Assembly (NCBI GenBank): GCA_964227855.1
Contig: CAXQWT010000009.1
Span: 1 to 50,607, forward strand
Direction of reading: 5' to 3'
Length of the DNA stretch: 50,607 nucleotides
DNA from: Salipiger bermudensis
GTDB lineage: Archaea; Thermoplasmatota; Poseidoniia; Poseidoniales; Poseidoniaceae
Shown here in pieces: positions 9,942-19,553 of the stretch (position 1 is its first letter; the number at the start of each line of letters is the position of its first letter). Under the pieces are notes generated by a model, which made no database searches, had not been told where the DNA came from, and saw only the letters and a program-made list of their open reading frames with translations. The position numbers and the translations under genes are program-made.

Positions 9942-12752
9942 ATGGGAAGTAATGACGTCTCCAACGAAGTGGCAGATTTGGGATCATACCTTGCTGCGTG
10001 GAAGGAGGTTGGATTTGACGTATCCCTTCCCGGCGGCGAGGCAACATCAATCAAACCCTCTGAATTTACTGAACTCCAATCGATGGTTGAATCAGCGATT
10101 GAACTAAAAGTTCGAATGGAGCCATTTCAGGATTCAGAAAAAATTGGACGTCTAATCAGTACTTTTCGCGATCCAAACAACTTGGCAGAAATACAATCAC
10201 AATTTCTAGATTGGATTGCAGACAATGCTCCTTGGGAACCGGGGTATTTTCGATGGTATCCTAATTGGTGGATGAGCGAAGAAACGCGGTCACAATTCTG
10301 GGACCTCGTCAACATCAGTTCATCACTTGATGAATCGAGTTGGACTTCATTGGATTTACTTCTTCCTCTCCTTTCAGACCCCAAAAACTATCCAAACATT
10401 ATCAAGGAACTTGAACAACTTGTTCATGATGAGAAGCGACAACGAGATCTTCTCGAAAAGGCAGTCTTCCAATTGAAGGAAAAAGGATACACGATTGCAT
10501 TCGAATCAATGAAAATAATTGATCAATTTGATGAAATTGAGCGGCTCCAAACCTATTCAAATCAAGTTGATTTACTCGAACTCCAAATTCAGTCCAACAT
10601 TCTTCCATTCGACCCAGTTCTTGCTGATACGTTCACAGGTCGATTGAAGGAATTGATGACAACTCCATCTGAGGAGTTGAATACACTCCAAAAGAACGTT
10701 GCGACAATTTCCGAACATCTCCAAGTTCGCCTCAACGAAATGAATGCATTGTTACGTCAATGGCATTCGGAGGGCTATTCATATGAAGATCGTTCGATGA
10801 TTCAACCAGAGGAACTTCTCGAGTGGGAACATCTTCTACCTGAAATTGAACAACAATACCACCGCCATGCAGGAGCTTCGGAACGCTGGAAAGAAATCCA
10901 GAAATTATGGGGCATCGAGGACCCTTCGATTGAGCAGATTGTTGGTAAACTCCAGCATACTGATGCGTTCTTAGATAAAATCGATGCCCTTGAACAGCAA
11001 TGGACTGAAAAAGAACTCCAAGGGGCATCCCTGATTGAACGCTGGGAGCAACTCGGATTCGAGATGGACGTATGGCGATATAAGATCACTCAAGACCCCC
11101 GCCAAGGGTTGTTTGAATTGAACCAACAACTTCCGTTCTATGAGCGAGCGAATGAATTGCTGGAACGAATGCTCCAACTCGACACCTCTCTTGGTGGAGA
11201 AGAAGAGGTAGAGGGGCGCACTACGATACTCCGTACCATGGATTTGGAAAATGATTTGCTCGATGAGATGCAACATTGGATTGATAAGAAGACGTTGCGC
11301 AATACTCGGCACCGACGGATGCTTCAGTCCGAATGGGAACGTGCAGTTCGTGAGGGAAAGGCCGATCCTACAATCACATTCTCAGACCTCCACTCATTCG
11401 AGTCGGCGATAGCCTCACTTGAACATCAAACACAACACATCATGTCAAGTGGAGCAACATCGCACGCAATCGGGCGAACGAAGGCCGAGCTTCTACGCTT
11501 GGAAACACGAGGCTGGAACATTTCAGAACTTCTTCAACTCCAAGAAGAACAACCAGACTCTTTCTTTCAACAATTTTCAAACACCATTGAGGCAATATCT
11601 CGGATCCAATCAACACAACGGCGGTTGGCAAATTTGGACTGGCGCCGTGATGTACAGCGTGCAACTGAAGTATCGATCGAAGTTCGGAATCCATTGCAAT
11701 TGATGAAACTTGAACGGCAAATTCCTGCATTAATCCGCCATTTAGCGGAACGAGAAATCGAAGACGAAGATTACACCTACGTCGCTTGGTTGCCTGAGCA
11801 ACGCCCCGTTCTTCTTCCTAGAGAACAATCATTGGTACGGAAAGTGCCTGCAAAGGTCCAACCGCGTTCAACTCTTGAAGAAGCTCATGAAGCCATGCTT
11901 GAGGCCATGGACCATAATCCTGTGACGGATGTTGTAGAGGCAGAAACCATACCGAACAACGAGGGAGATTCCAACGAAGTAACTCCGGAGGAGTGGCGAC
12001 ACCCAGAGACAAAGCATCCGCACGATGATGGAGTGTCAGATGAGGAATTTTTTGCAGACGATAAGTGGTCTGTCGAGCGTTGGAGTGGATGGCGTGAGCG
12101 GCAACAGGAACTAGAGTTAGCAAGGCAAGAGCAAAGCGACAACTCGAATCAACCAACATCTCAACCTGCGGCAGAGGAAGCCAAAACCCTCCCAGAAAGA
12201 CGAGAGAATTCCGTTGAAGAAAAACCGAAAACAGCCATTGTACCTGCATCAAGTTCGGTTGTTGAAGGGGATTTGACATCCTATGAAGGACTTCTTCGCC
12301 TCATTGGCTTGACAGAAGAGGCTGATATCCTTGCTGGATCGAACGACATATCGATTGTTCGTAGGGCATTGGCATCTTACGTTGGTGACGAACCCCGAGA
12401 TATTCGTGTCGATCGATTGCTCAGGCTGGTTCTGAGACTCCTTCCATTAGGCGATCATGATGATTCCAAGCGTTCGAAAATGATCGACGTTCTTGGTAAG
12501 GCCATTCCGAAATACAACCAATGGGTTCGCATGCGACTCGAAGCACGACATATGGGGGCATCGGGCGATTTCTTCGAAGATGCTACGCGCCTTGGAATAG
12601 CACTACATCGAGTTCCCGGCCCCGGAGTTCGCGTACCCCTCAAAGCCGATGTATTGCCATTACCCGAAACGTCCAACTTGAACGAATTGCAACATCAAAC
12701 AGAGCGTTTGGTTCAGTCCATGAACCTTCCAGCAGCGGGCGGAATCAACTGA
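9942..12752 (+). CDS. Large alpha-helical/coiled-coil hypothetical protein with recurring [WL]xxxG[FYW] motif
   Basis: 936-aa ORF, E/L/Q-rich; WKEVGF, LKEKGY, WHSEGY, WEQLGF, LETRGW. Confidence 0.85.
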   Translation: MGSNDVSNEVADLGSYLAAWKEVGFDVSLPGGEATSIKPSEFTELQSMVESAIELKVRMEPFQDSEKIGRLISTFRDPNNLAEIQSQFLDWIADNAPWEPGYFRWYPNWWMSEETRSQFWDLVNISSSLDESSWTSLDLLLPLLSDPKNYPNIIKELEQLVHDEKRQRDLLEKAVFQLKEKGYTIAFESMKIIDQFDEIERLQTYSNQVDLLELQIQSNILPFDPVLADTFTGRLKELMTTPSEELNTLQKNVATISEHLQVRLNEMNALLRQWHSEGYSYEDRSMIQPEELLEWEHLLPEIEQQYHRHAGASERWKEIQKLWGIEDPSIEQIVGKLQHTDAFLDKIDALEQQWTEKELQGASLIERWEQLGFEMDVWRYKITQDPRQGLFELNQQLPFYERANELLERMLQLDTSLGGEEEVEGRTTILRTMDLENDLLDEMQHWIDKKTLRNTRHRRMLQSEWERAVREGKADPTITFSDLHSFESAIASLEHQTQHIMSSGATSHAIGRTKAELLRLETRGWNISELLQLQEEQPDSFFQQFSNTIEAISRIQSTQRRLANLDWRRDVQRATEVSIEVRNPLQLMKLERQIPALIRHLAEREIEDEDYTYVAWLPEQRPVLLPREQSLVRKVPAKVQPRSTLEEAHEAMLEAMDHNPVTDVVEAETIPNNEGDSNEVTPEEWRHPETKHPHDDGVSDEEFFADDKWSVERWSGWRERQQELELARQEQSDNSNQPTSQPAAEEAKTLPERRENSVEEKPKTAIVPASSSVVEGDLTSYEGLLRLIGLTEEADILAGSNDISIVRRALASYVGDEPRDIRVDRLLRLVLRLLPLGDHDDSKRSKMIDVLGKAIPKYNQWVRMRLEARHMGASGDFFEDATRLGIALHRVPGPGVRVPLKADVLPLPETSNLNELQHQTERLVQSMNLPAAGGIN

Positions 12753-13877
12753 TCAGGACAGTTCATCGAGAAGAGCATCCTGTTCTTCTTGAGAAATTGA
12801 AGGCTCATTGCTCGGCGTGGCCTGTACAGCAATTCGTGGAGCTTCAGGCATTGGCATATCCAAGGGAATCGGTTGATTGAGTCCTGGAGGGCCGGCTGGT
12901 AGAGGGGCTATCGGTGGTGGAAGCGGCGTAGGTGAAGGTGTGGCGACAACAGGCGGGGACGCAATACTTGGTGGCCCCATCGGTGGTGAGAGAGGCGGGG
13001 GGAGAGGCGCAGGAACCGGCTCAGGAGGAGCAGGTATCGTTACTGGTGGGCCCATTGGTTGCGACATCTCCTCAACCAGAACCTCTTGAAGAACCGGCTG
13101 TGGTCCAGGAGCATTTGTCTCAATGTTCGCCTCTGGCATTTGAACTGGGATAATTTCCGTTGGTGTAACTGGCATTGGTAGTTGCGCAACAGGTTCCTCC
13201 AAAACCTTCGGAACAATTGGAGTGCGGAGTTGCTTGTGCAAATCATTAATTTCCGTAACATTAAGGCTACCGACTCTCATGTAATCCGCCATTGCAGGAC
13301 CAATCAAAGCCATACTTGCGCGGAATCCAGGGGAAAAGACGTTCCATGTACCAAGATCAATTTCATGCGAGTTCCCACAGGAAGAAAACACGAGACGATG
13401 CCTCTCCAAATGATTTGGTAAAAATTTCAAACCTACCAAGAAGAGACCCAGACCTAGAACAATTGAAGTTAATCCCTGTATCATCATGAGTAGAATCCCA
13501 ACCAGAGCAAAACCCCCAGAAAGGCCGAACTCAAGAGGAGTCGGTTTATCGATGCAGTGTTGGAAACTTGTTAGTTCAGCATCCATCACCAACTGCACGT
13601 CAACTCTCGGCACACCGTCTTGGTGCAGCGTGGTTTTGACGACACGAAACAACCCCTCGCCAACAACAATTGATGTCGATTTGAGACCATCCTTCGATTC
13701 TGAAAGTGGAAATTCTTCAACATCTTCATGATTGTTGTGAAACAGAGGTTTTGCTCGAATTGGTAAAGTGAGAACATCCATGAGTTCATACTGTTCATCC
13801 AACGAATCATCACCAGTTTGCTCTTCAACGATTTCCTCTTCGTCAACTTCAGAGGAGGCTTCGGACTCATTCTCCAT
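12753..13877 (-). CDS. Two-TM membrane protein with proline-rich C-terminal region
   Basis: Acidic N-terminus, TM hairpin, PPP-rich tail; GGTGA SD upstream. Confidence 0.8.
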   Translation of the reverse strand: MENESEASSEVDEEEIVEEQTGDDSLDEQYELMDVLTLPIRAKPLFHNNHEDVEEFPLSESKDGLKSTSIVVGEGLFRVVKTTLHQDGVPRVDVQLVMDAELTSFQHCIDKPTPLEFGLSGGFALVGILLMMIQGLTSIVLGLGLFLVGLKFLPNHLERHRLVFSSCGNSHEIDLGTWNVFSPGFRASMALIGPAMADYMRVGSLNVTEINDLHKQLRTPIVPKVLEEPVAQLPMPVTPTEIIPVQMPEANIETNAPGPQPVLQEVLVEEMSQPMGPPVTIPAPPEPVPAPLPPPLSPPMGPPSIASPPVVATPSPTPLPPPIAPLPAGPPGLNQPIPLDMPMPEAPRIAVQATPSNEPSISQEEQDALLDELS

Positions 13878-13917
13878 ACGCTCACCTTATCCAAACAATG
13901 AAATGAACGTAACGGAA

Positions 13918-15147
13918 TCAACGATGGGTCTCAGAAAACCACGATTTCGCATCACTCTTTGCAGCAAAGCCCTTACCTGGCTTTGTTCCTACAACGGTTG
14001 AAATCGATGCTTCAGAAGCGATTTCTTGGATTCTGTCACTGATTGGACCATTAATGATCAATGCTTGAACACCTTCTGTTCCTTCAGCAGATTTAGCGAT
14101 GGACCCAGCGCCCATTTCTTCGCTTACGGTACCATCAGCAAGAACAAACATTGCCTTGTTCTTACCGAGACTGTCCTGATGATCGAACATCTCTTGGATT
14201 TCGGCAGGGGCGATCTCGGATTCATAGACGTCCGACATTTCTTCAACCCACTCATCGTTGTTTCCTCCGTGTTTCTCTTCGTCTTCTTTGTCCTGTGCTT
14301 CCATTGTCTTTGCAAACTTAGCAGCATCGACTTTCATGGAGAGTGACTTGGTAATTGTTTTCTGAGGAAGCAATTCCCATTCTTGGCCAACAGGCGCCTG
14401 TGCAACGAAATCAACCTTGAGAATAGCATTGAGTTGTCGGAACAACATTTCGCCACCACGGTCTCCATCGATTGCAAGTGTTACTGATTGCTTTCCATTT
14501 GCCAAATCAATAAGCTCTTGCTTGATGTTTCCAGCACCATCAGCACTGATAGCATTCTTCACTCCACAATTGAGTAAGTTGATGACATCGTTTCGTCCTT
14601 CAACGATAATCAATGAATCCGAACTCTCAACATTTGGTCCACACGTCAAACCATGAAAGTTCGTTGCAGTACCCACTGTCAATACAGAGCGAACTTCTTC
14701 AACAACTGTCTTACTAGCCGCTTCACCGGAATTAACCAGTGCGAGAAGAAGCTCCTTTGCACGATCGACGACGGCAGTACGCTTGGTGGCCCGAACGTCT
14801 GAGATTTCAACAACAGTGATCTTTGCTTGGCACGGGCCAATCCGATCAATGGTTTCCAATGCAGACCCGATGATCGCAGTTTCGACATTGTCCATGCTGC
14901 TCGGAATGAGAATCATTCCGTGCACCTTACCGCCTTTGGTTTCCATTTCTACGTCAACGTGTCCAACACGAGCCGTACGTTGCAATTTTCTTAGTTCGAG
15001 CTCATCTCCGAGCAAACCTTCGGTTTGACCCATGATGGCTCCGATGATATCCTTACGCTGAACAGTACCATTGATTTTGATGTCAGCCTTTATCAAATAT
15101 TTCATCGCTTTTCCTTGTTTGTTTCCTGAATTGTTTTTTCGAGACAA
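13918..15147 (-). CDS. dnaG: Archaeal DnaG-type primase / exosome-associated TOPRIM protein
   Basis: KYLIKADI...DIIGAIMGQTEGLLG, IDRIGPC, IVEGRNDV, DGDRGGE; start TTG 15147 behind AGGAGG (alternative ATG 15105). Confidence 0.93.
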   Translation of the reverse strand: MSRKNNSGNKQGKAMKYLIKADIKINGTVQRKDIIGAIMGQTEGLLGDELELRKLQRTARVGHVDVEMETKGGKVHGMILIPSSMDNVETAIIGSALETIDRIGPCQAKITVVEISDVRATKRTAVVDRAKELLLALVNSGEAASKTVVEEVRSVLTVGTATNFHGLTCGPNVESSDSLIIVEGRNDVINLLNCGVKNAISADGAGNIKQELIDLANGKQSVTLAIDGDRGGEMLFRQLNAILKVDFVAQAPVGQEWELLPQKTITKSLSMKVDAAKFAKTMEAQDKEDEEKHGGNNDEWVEEMSDVYESEIAPAEIQEMFDHQDSLGKNKAMFVLADGTVSEEMGAGSIAKSAEGTEGVQALIINGPISDRIQEIASEASISTVVGTKPGKGFAAKSDAKSWFSETHR

Positions 15148-15313
15148 ATTAAATCCTCCTTTCGGCCTCTTCACAGTCGGTGCTTTTATCCCAAGAGGGG
15201 ACGCAGTGCAACGGTTTGGCAAAAATGTCAAACCAAGTGAATGTGATTCAGCAGTTAATGCTGGAGCCTTCCCCTTTTCAATCCTATGGAAAAAAATCCC
15301 CAACATTCCCGAT
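15148..15313 (-). promoter_or_regulatory. Structured 5' leader of dnaG with three stem-loops and AGGAGG SD
   Basis: Inverted repeats at 15249-15263, 15213-15234 and 15166-15198; SD at 15155-15160. Confidence 0.45.
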
Positions 15314-15889
15314 TTATTCTTTCGGAAGCGAAGAGGAACGTTCAATTAAATCGGCTTGCATTTTTTCGCTGAGGAATGGAAGATGAGGATCTTCATCACC
15401 CATTGAATTCTTCCAGGAATCCATTGCACGAGCCCATATTTCCTCATCCGCATTCCATTCCAACCAACGCTCAACAAATGCAACATGCCGTTGGACTTCC
15501 TCATCATCTGCTGCAATTTGCTTCAGAAGCATGTTTGTCTGTGCAAGAATGAGGCCCATTGGGGGCGAAATAAGATAGACGCCAAATGGGTTTCGTTCAG
15601 TTGAAATGGTCAAATGCTCCTTCCACAGCCCAAGCCCAACATCGTAGATGTAACCGATAAGAAGGACGCTGAGAAGGACGAGAAGCCCAATTGACATGAG
15701 CCCAAAATACGTAGAAGGGATGCCGAGAATTTCATTCGAGAAACACAATCCAGAATCACAGGTCGATTCAAACCGCCACTTAACATATGGCCAAATAAGC
15801 AATGTGAGCGTTGTTGTCCAAAACACCATTGAAATAACGGTTTGAGACTGTTGAAGGCGCCAGTATTGACGCATGATGACCTTCTTCAT
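15314..15889 (-). CDS. Hypothetical two-TM membrane protein
   Basis: 191-aa ORF with two hydrophobic helices, upstream of dnaG. Confidence 0.8.
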   Translation of the reverse strand: MKKVIMRQYWRLQQSQTVISMVFWTTTLTLLIWPYVKWRFESTCDSGLCFSNEILGIPSTYFGLMSIGLLVLLSVLLIGYIYDVGLGLWKEHLTISTERNPFGVYLISPPMGLILAQTNMLLKQIAADDEEVQRHVAFVERWLEWNADEEIWARAMDSWKNSMGDEDPHLPFLSEKMQADLIERSSSLPKE

Positions 15890-15981
15890 TGGGTGGTGCT
15901 ATCTTGCAACACTTATGGATTCAACCCCTTTCATCATCGTCCGAACTACCATTTTCAACAAAATACATGCCATCGACGTGG

Positions 15982-15988
15982 TTAAATA
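15982..15988 (+). promoter_or_regulatory. Putative TATA box for the glycosyltransferase gene
   Basis: TTAAATA about 40 nt upstream of ATG 16028. Confidence 0.35.
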
Positions 15989-16027
15989 TCCAACACAAGA
16001 GGAAGCAATAGCAAAGGTTGTAAGAAG

Positions 16028-16906
16028 ATGGGCGCATTCACTTTCATCCGCAACATTCCAGGCAAACTCTACATTTCCCTTCTGATAATGAAATTAAACA
16101 TTCACAACCGATTGTCAAGAAAATCCATGCTCTGTGAAACGGGGCCAACGCTTTCGATGACAACGTATGGTGTTCGTTTTCAAACAGCCCACATTTCTCT
16201 TGAAGCAATTGCGCGAGGAAAGACCCTCCCATCAAGAGCCATCCTTTTTGTCGATGATAACGAACTCTACAATCAACCGACGAAAGGGCTTAGGCGCCTC
16301 ATGAAACGAGGACTGGAAATCCAGCTGGTTGATAATTTCGGACCGCATACGAAATACTACCCCTTCCTAGAATTGGTATCTGATTTCGACCGGCCACATG
16401 CAACCGGAGATGACGATCATATCTACCCGACATGGTGGTTGAAGAAACTCACCTCTTCGATGAAGCAAAATCCCGGGTACCTGCACGCCTACCGAGCTCA
16501 CTGCATCCGATTGAATGAAGATGGGACCGAAGCACTCCCCTATCTTGAATGGGGCCCAGGAATCACAACAGCCCCTTCAAATCTTAATTTTTATACTTCA
16601 GCCATGGGAGAGATTTACAGTTCCGAATTTCTTCGGATTGCAAAACAACGTGGCCGAGAATTCCTAGACTCTTGTCCGAAGAACGACGACCTATGGCTCA
16701 CCTCCCTTGCGATAGAGAATGAAGTTCCTATTTCATTGGTTGATGGTATCAACAGAACCTTCCCTGCGATTCCAGCCTCGCAACAATTGACATTGGAGGC
16801 AACGAACGTGTTTGGTGGTTACAATGATGTGCAAATCCGAGACACATTCACAGAAAAAATACTGGAAAGGTTGAGAGAATTGGAAAGGCAAGAGAATCTT
16901 CGCTAA
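16028..16906 (+). CDS. GT-A fold glycosyltransferase (family 2-like)
   Basis: LSMTTYGVR, GPHTKYYP, TGDDDHIYP (DxD), KNDDLW motifs. Confidence 0.8.
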   Translation: MGAFTFIRNIPGKLYISLLIMKLNIHNRLSRKSMLCETGPTLSMTTYGVRFQTAHISLEAIARGKTLPSRAILFVDDNELYNQPTKGLRRLMKRGLEIQLVDNFGPHTKYYPFLELVSDFDRPHATGDDDHIYPTWWLKKLTSSMKQNPGYLHAYRAHCIRLNEDGTEALPYLEWGPGITTAPSNLNFYTSAMGEIYSSEFLRIAKQRGREFLDSCPKNDDLWLTSLAIENEVPISLVDGINRTFPAIPASQQLTLEATNVFGGYNDVQIRDTFTEKILERLRELERQENLR

Positions 16907-16917
16907 TTTTTTTCTCT
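16907..16917 (+). terminator. Oligo-T archaeal terminator
   Basis: TTTTTTTCTCT immediately after the stop codon. Confidence 0.45.
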
Positions 16918-16990
16918 AACGTCATTAAAACTCTACAAACTGGAAAAAACCTCGCGTGGGTTCAAGAAGAAGTTCTCCTTACGTCAGCGC

Positions 16991-17476
16991 GTGTCCGCCA
17001 AATCTGTTCACCGGCTGGCTGCTTTCCGCAGCACGATTGAGGTGATGTTGCTTGATGGAGTGCTGACACGCGAAGAAAAACGGCTTATCATCCGCCTTTC
17101 TTCCTGCCTCAATCTTGAACCTCATCAACCCGCAGAAGTGTATCAAGCCATTCTTGATGGTAACAAAACAGAAGACGGCGACGCTCTAAGCCCTGAAGAG
17201 CAGCATGAAGTTTACAAAACCGTCTTTGAGGTGGCGATTATCAATGCCTCTCTTTCAAAGGATGAGTTCAGAGTTATGGCACATCTACGCGACATCTTTG
17301 CAATTGATGATGACGAACATAATTTGGTTGAGAGAGAATTACGGGACATGGTTAAGGAACGGTTCGAGGATCCAAACATGGTTGAAAAGACTCTCACAAC
17401 CCTTCGAGATTCCGTTCGCGTTGTTACCACTTTATTCGATAATGTTCGAAAGAAGAACAACGGTGAAACGCGATGA
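16991..17476 (+). CDS. TerB-like (tellurite resistance B fold) protein, two helical repeats
   Basis: LLDGVLTREEKRLI and IINASLSKDEFRVMAHL repeats resemble the TerB ADGxxxxxE motif; GTG start. Confidence 0.6.
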   Translation: MSAKSVHRLAAFRSTIEVMLLDGVLTREEKRLIIRLSSCLNLEPHQPAEVYQAILDGNKTEDGDALSPEEQHEVYKTVFEVAIINASLSKDEFRVMAHLRDIFAIDDDEHNLVERELRDMVKERFEDPNMVEKTLTTLRDSVRVVTTLFDNVRKKNNGETR

Positions 17477-18096
17477 AAGCGACTTCACTTGACGACTACC
17501 TGGATGGCTTTTCTTCCTTTCCGAACCGACGGAGTAAACGTTTGACAATGCTTCGAGAAGCATACACGTTCGGCGTCCCAGGAATGATGGCGAAATCAAT
17601 GACCGACCGTTTGGCACAGTCAGGTCACTATACATTCCACATCGGGACCCCAGATCCAGAAATGAGGCGTATAGCCTCGTGGATGCTTACGAATGAAAAA
17701 GGCCGAAGGAAAATTGTGAAGTTCATTCCGAAGATATGGAAGCGAGGCGGCCGAGAAGACCTCAAACTCGTAGGTCTTCTTCTTGCAAACATGTCCGATG
17801 AGGAACTTGGCGAGGATGCTTGGACTGTTTTTCTTCAACTTGTTCAGGAGCGTGTTTCTGTTGAGGTATTCCTCGAAACAGCTCAAGAGTTCTTGCGTGG
17901 GGGCAGGCAACTCCCAAATGATGCATGGATTCAGGATGCTGCAAACCAAAGTCAAACCTGGGCTCAATTGATGGTCCTCTTGCTTTCATTGGATGAAGGC
18001 CGCTGCATCAACCATAGGGCGTTGCTTATGCAAACCCCAGAGGGAGGCGAATTGTTCGAACGTATCCGCACTCGCCTCATCGAAAGGCTATCTTGA
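17473..18096 (+). CDS. Helical-repeat protein, AlkD-like DNA alkylation repair family (tentative)
   Basis: IGTPDPEMRRIA...KIWKRGGREDLKLVGLLL resembles the AlkD N-terminal GVxxPxLR...LW...RE pattern; ATGA overlap with the upstream gene. Confidence 0.5.
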   Translation: MKATSLDDYLDGFSSFPNRRSKRLTMLREAYTFGVPGMMAKSMTDRLAQSGHYTFHIGTPDPEMRRIASWMLTNEKGRRKIVKFIPKIWKRGGREDLKLVGLLLANMSDEELGEDAWTVFLQLVQERVSVEVFLETAQEFLRGGRQLPNDAWIQDAANQSQTWAQLMVLLLSLDEGRCINHRALLMQTPEGGELFERIRTRLIERLS

Positions 18097-18121
18097 TGTG
18101 CCCCGAACCTATCCCAACATC

Positions 18122-18331
18122 ATGGCTGAGCGTTTCTTGCCAACTGAAGACCCTGTACTTGAACAGGTCTTGTCTTGGACTGTTGAACGCGATGCGAGAG
18201 ACGTGCGCCGGCTGCTTGAGTGGCTCCCCCAAGCACGTTCAAACCGTGAACGACAAGCTCTTCTTGACCGTGTTCGAGATCTTCTTGACGAGTTGGAACA
18301 GGCAATGTCTGCCTTGGATGAACTTGTGTGA
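18122..18331 (+). CDS. Small helical hypothetical protein (69 aa)
   Basis: MAERFLPTEDPVLEQVLSWTVERDARD...; fills the operon gap, ATG 18122. Confidence 0.7.
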   Translation: MAERFLPTEDPVLEQVLSWTVERDARDVRRLLEWLPQARSNRERQALLDRVRDLLDELEQAMSALDELV

Positions 18332-18336
18332 ACACC

Positions 18337-18852
18337 ATGTCCCTTTTGTGTCTGATTCTTGCTGGAGGGAAAAGCGTCCGAATGGGTCAAGATAAGGCCT
18401 TGATCAATAATTCAGTGAATGAACTATCAGAAAAACTAGCCACACGCAACTGTCGGGTGATCGTTGCTTGTGGGAGTGAAGAACGATCTCGACTTTTCAA
18501 CTCAGAATGTTGGTTTGATCCAATAGAATCGAATTCTCTTGGAGAGGTTCTTCACGCCTTCTTACAGGGGTTTGATGAGGAGGTTCAATTGTTCCCATGT
18601 GATATGTATGAACTTGATGACGAAGCGATTGACATCATATTGGCACAATTACCTGGAGTCCCGGTCGATGTTGAAGGGCGGGAGCAATTCACATTAACGC
18701 GCATACCGCGAGGCTACAAACCCTCTATTTCGTTGAGTTTGAAGAGTCTATTTTCAGGGTTGGGCCGAAATGAAATGGCTCCACTCGGGGGTCGATTGGA
18801 AAACTTCAATTTCCCAAATCAAATCGATGACCGGAACAAATCAAATCAATAA
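18337..18852 (+). CDS. MobA-like NTP transferase (short)
   Basis: LILAGGKSVRMGQDKAL, FPCDM, LENFN; start GTG 18328 or ATG 18337. Confidence 0.75.
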   Translation: MSLLCLILAGGKSVRMGQDKALINNSVNELSEKLATRNCRVIVACGSEERSRLFNSECWFDPIESNSLGEVLHAFLQGFDEEVQLFPCDMYELDDEAIDIILAQLPGVPVDVEGREQFTLTRIPRGYKPSISLSLKSLFSGLGRNEMAPLGGRLENFNFPNQIDDRNKSNQ

Positions 18853-19450
18853 TTTCTGGATACACTCGATGTTCTTCGACTTGAATACGCTTAGCGAGTT
18901 GAAGCCGTGTGTCCGAATCAAAAACCGGGACTCGCCGCTGAGCAAGGATAGGACCTGTGTCCATACCAGCATCGACGACATGCACAGTACATCCGCTGAC
19001 CTGAACGTCTGAGGCGAGAACATCACTGTGTGCATCCTTTCCAGGAAATGCCGGTAGAAGCGAAGGGTGAATGTTGACGATTCGAGGATAATGCCGCTCA
19101 ACAAATTCAGCCGATAGGAGTCGCATGTATCCAAACAATACGATGAGTTCAATATTGGAATTCTGAAGATGTTCTTCGATTCGCTGCTCGTGCTCATACC
19201 TACGTTCTTCTTGAGAAAGATCAACATTTACAGTCTCGACTGCAACTTGGACACTGTGTTTTTTTGCAAAATCGATTCCACTGGCCTCATCTTTATCCGT
19301 AATACACAGAACGGTTTTGTGACTGCAATGTGGATTTTGTTGATGCTGAAGAAGCGCATTCATTCCAGTTCCAGATCCAGAGAAAAAAACTGCAATTCGA
19401 ATTGGGTCGTTACGATACCCAATCCGTGATAGCAACAGAACCTCTCCCAT
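18806..19450 (-). CDS. purN: Phosphoribosylglycinamide formyltransferase
   Basis: IAVFFSGSGT, GYMRLL, NIHPSLLPAFPG, SGCTVHVVDAGMDTGPI, EHRVYP. Confidence 0.95.
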   Translation of the reverse strand: MGEVLLLSRIGYRNDPIRIAVFFSGSGTGMNALLQHQQNPHCSHKTVLCITDKDEASGIDFAKKHSVQVAVETVNVDLSQEERRYEHEQRIEEHLQNSNIELIVLFGYMRLLSAEFVERHYPRIVNIHPSLLPAFPGKDAHSDVLASDVQVSGCTVHVVDAGMDTGPILAQRRVPVFDSDTRLQLAKRIQVEEHRVYPEIIDLICSGHRFDLGN

Positions 19451-19553
19451 GCTCCGGCCAAGAACTGCTTGATTTCAGTCCTTCCGATTGTTCCGGGCTC
19501 ACCCCTATTCCTTATGTGTGTCAATTTACAGGCTCGGCACAGGAAGTGAGGTG

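Noticed and set aside
15148-15345. N-terminal extension of DnaG in the 475-aa ORF call
   Set aside because: Overlaps the upstream gene; homology and the SD point to a start at 15147 or 15105
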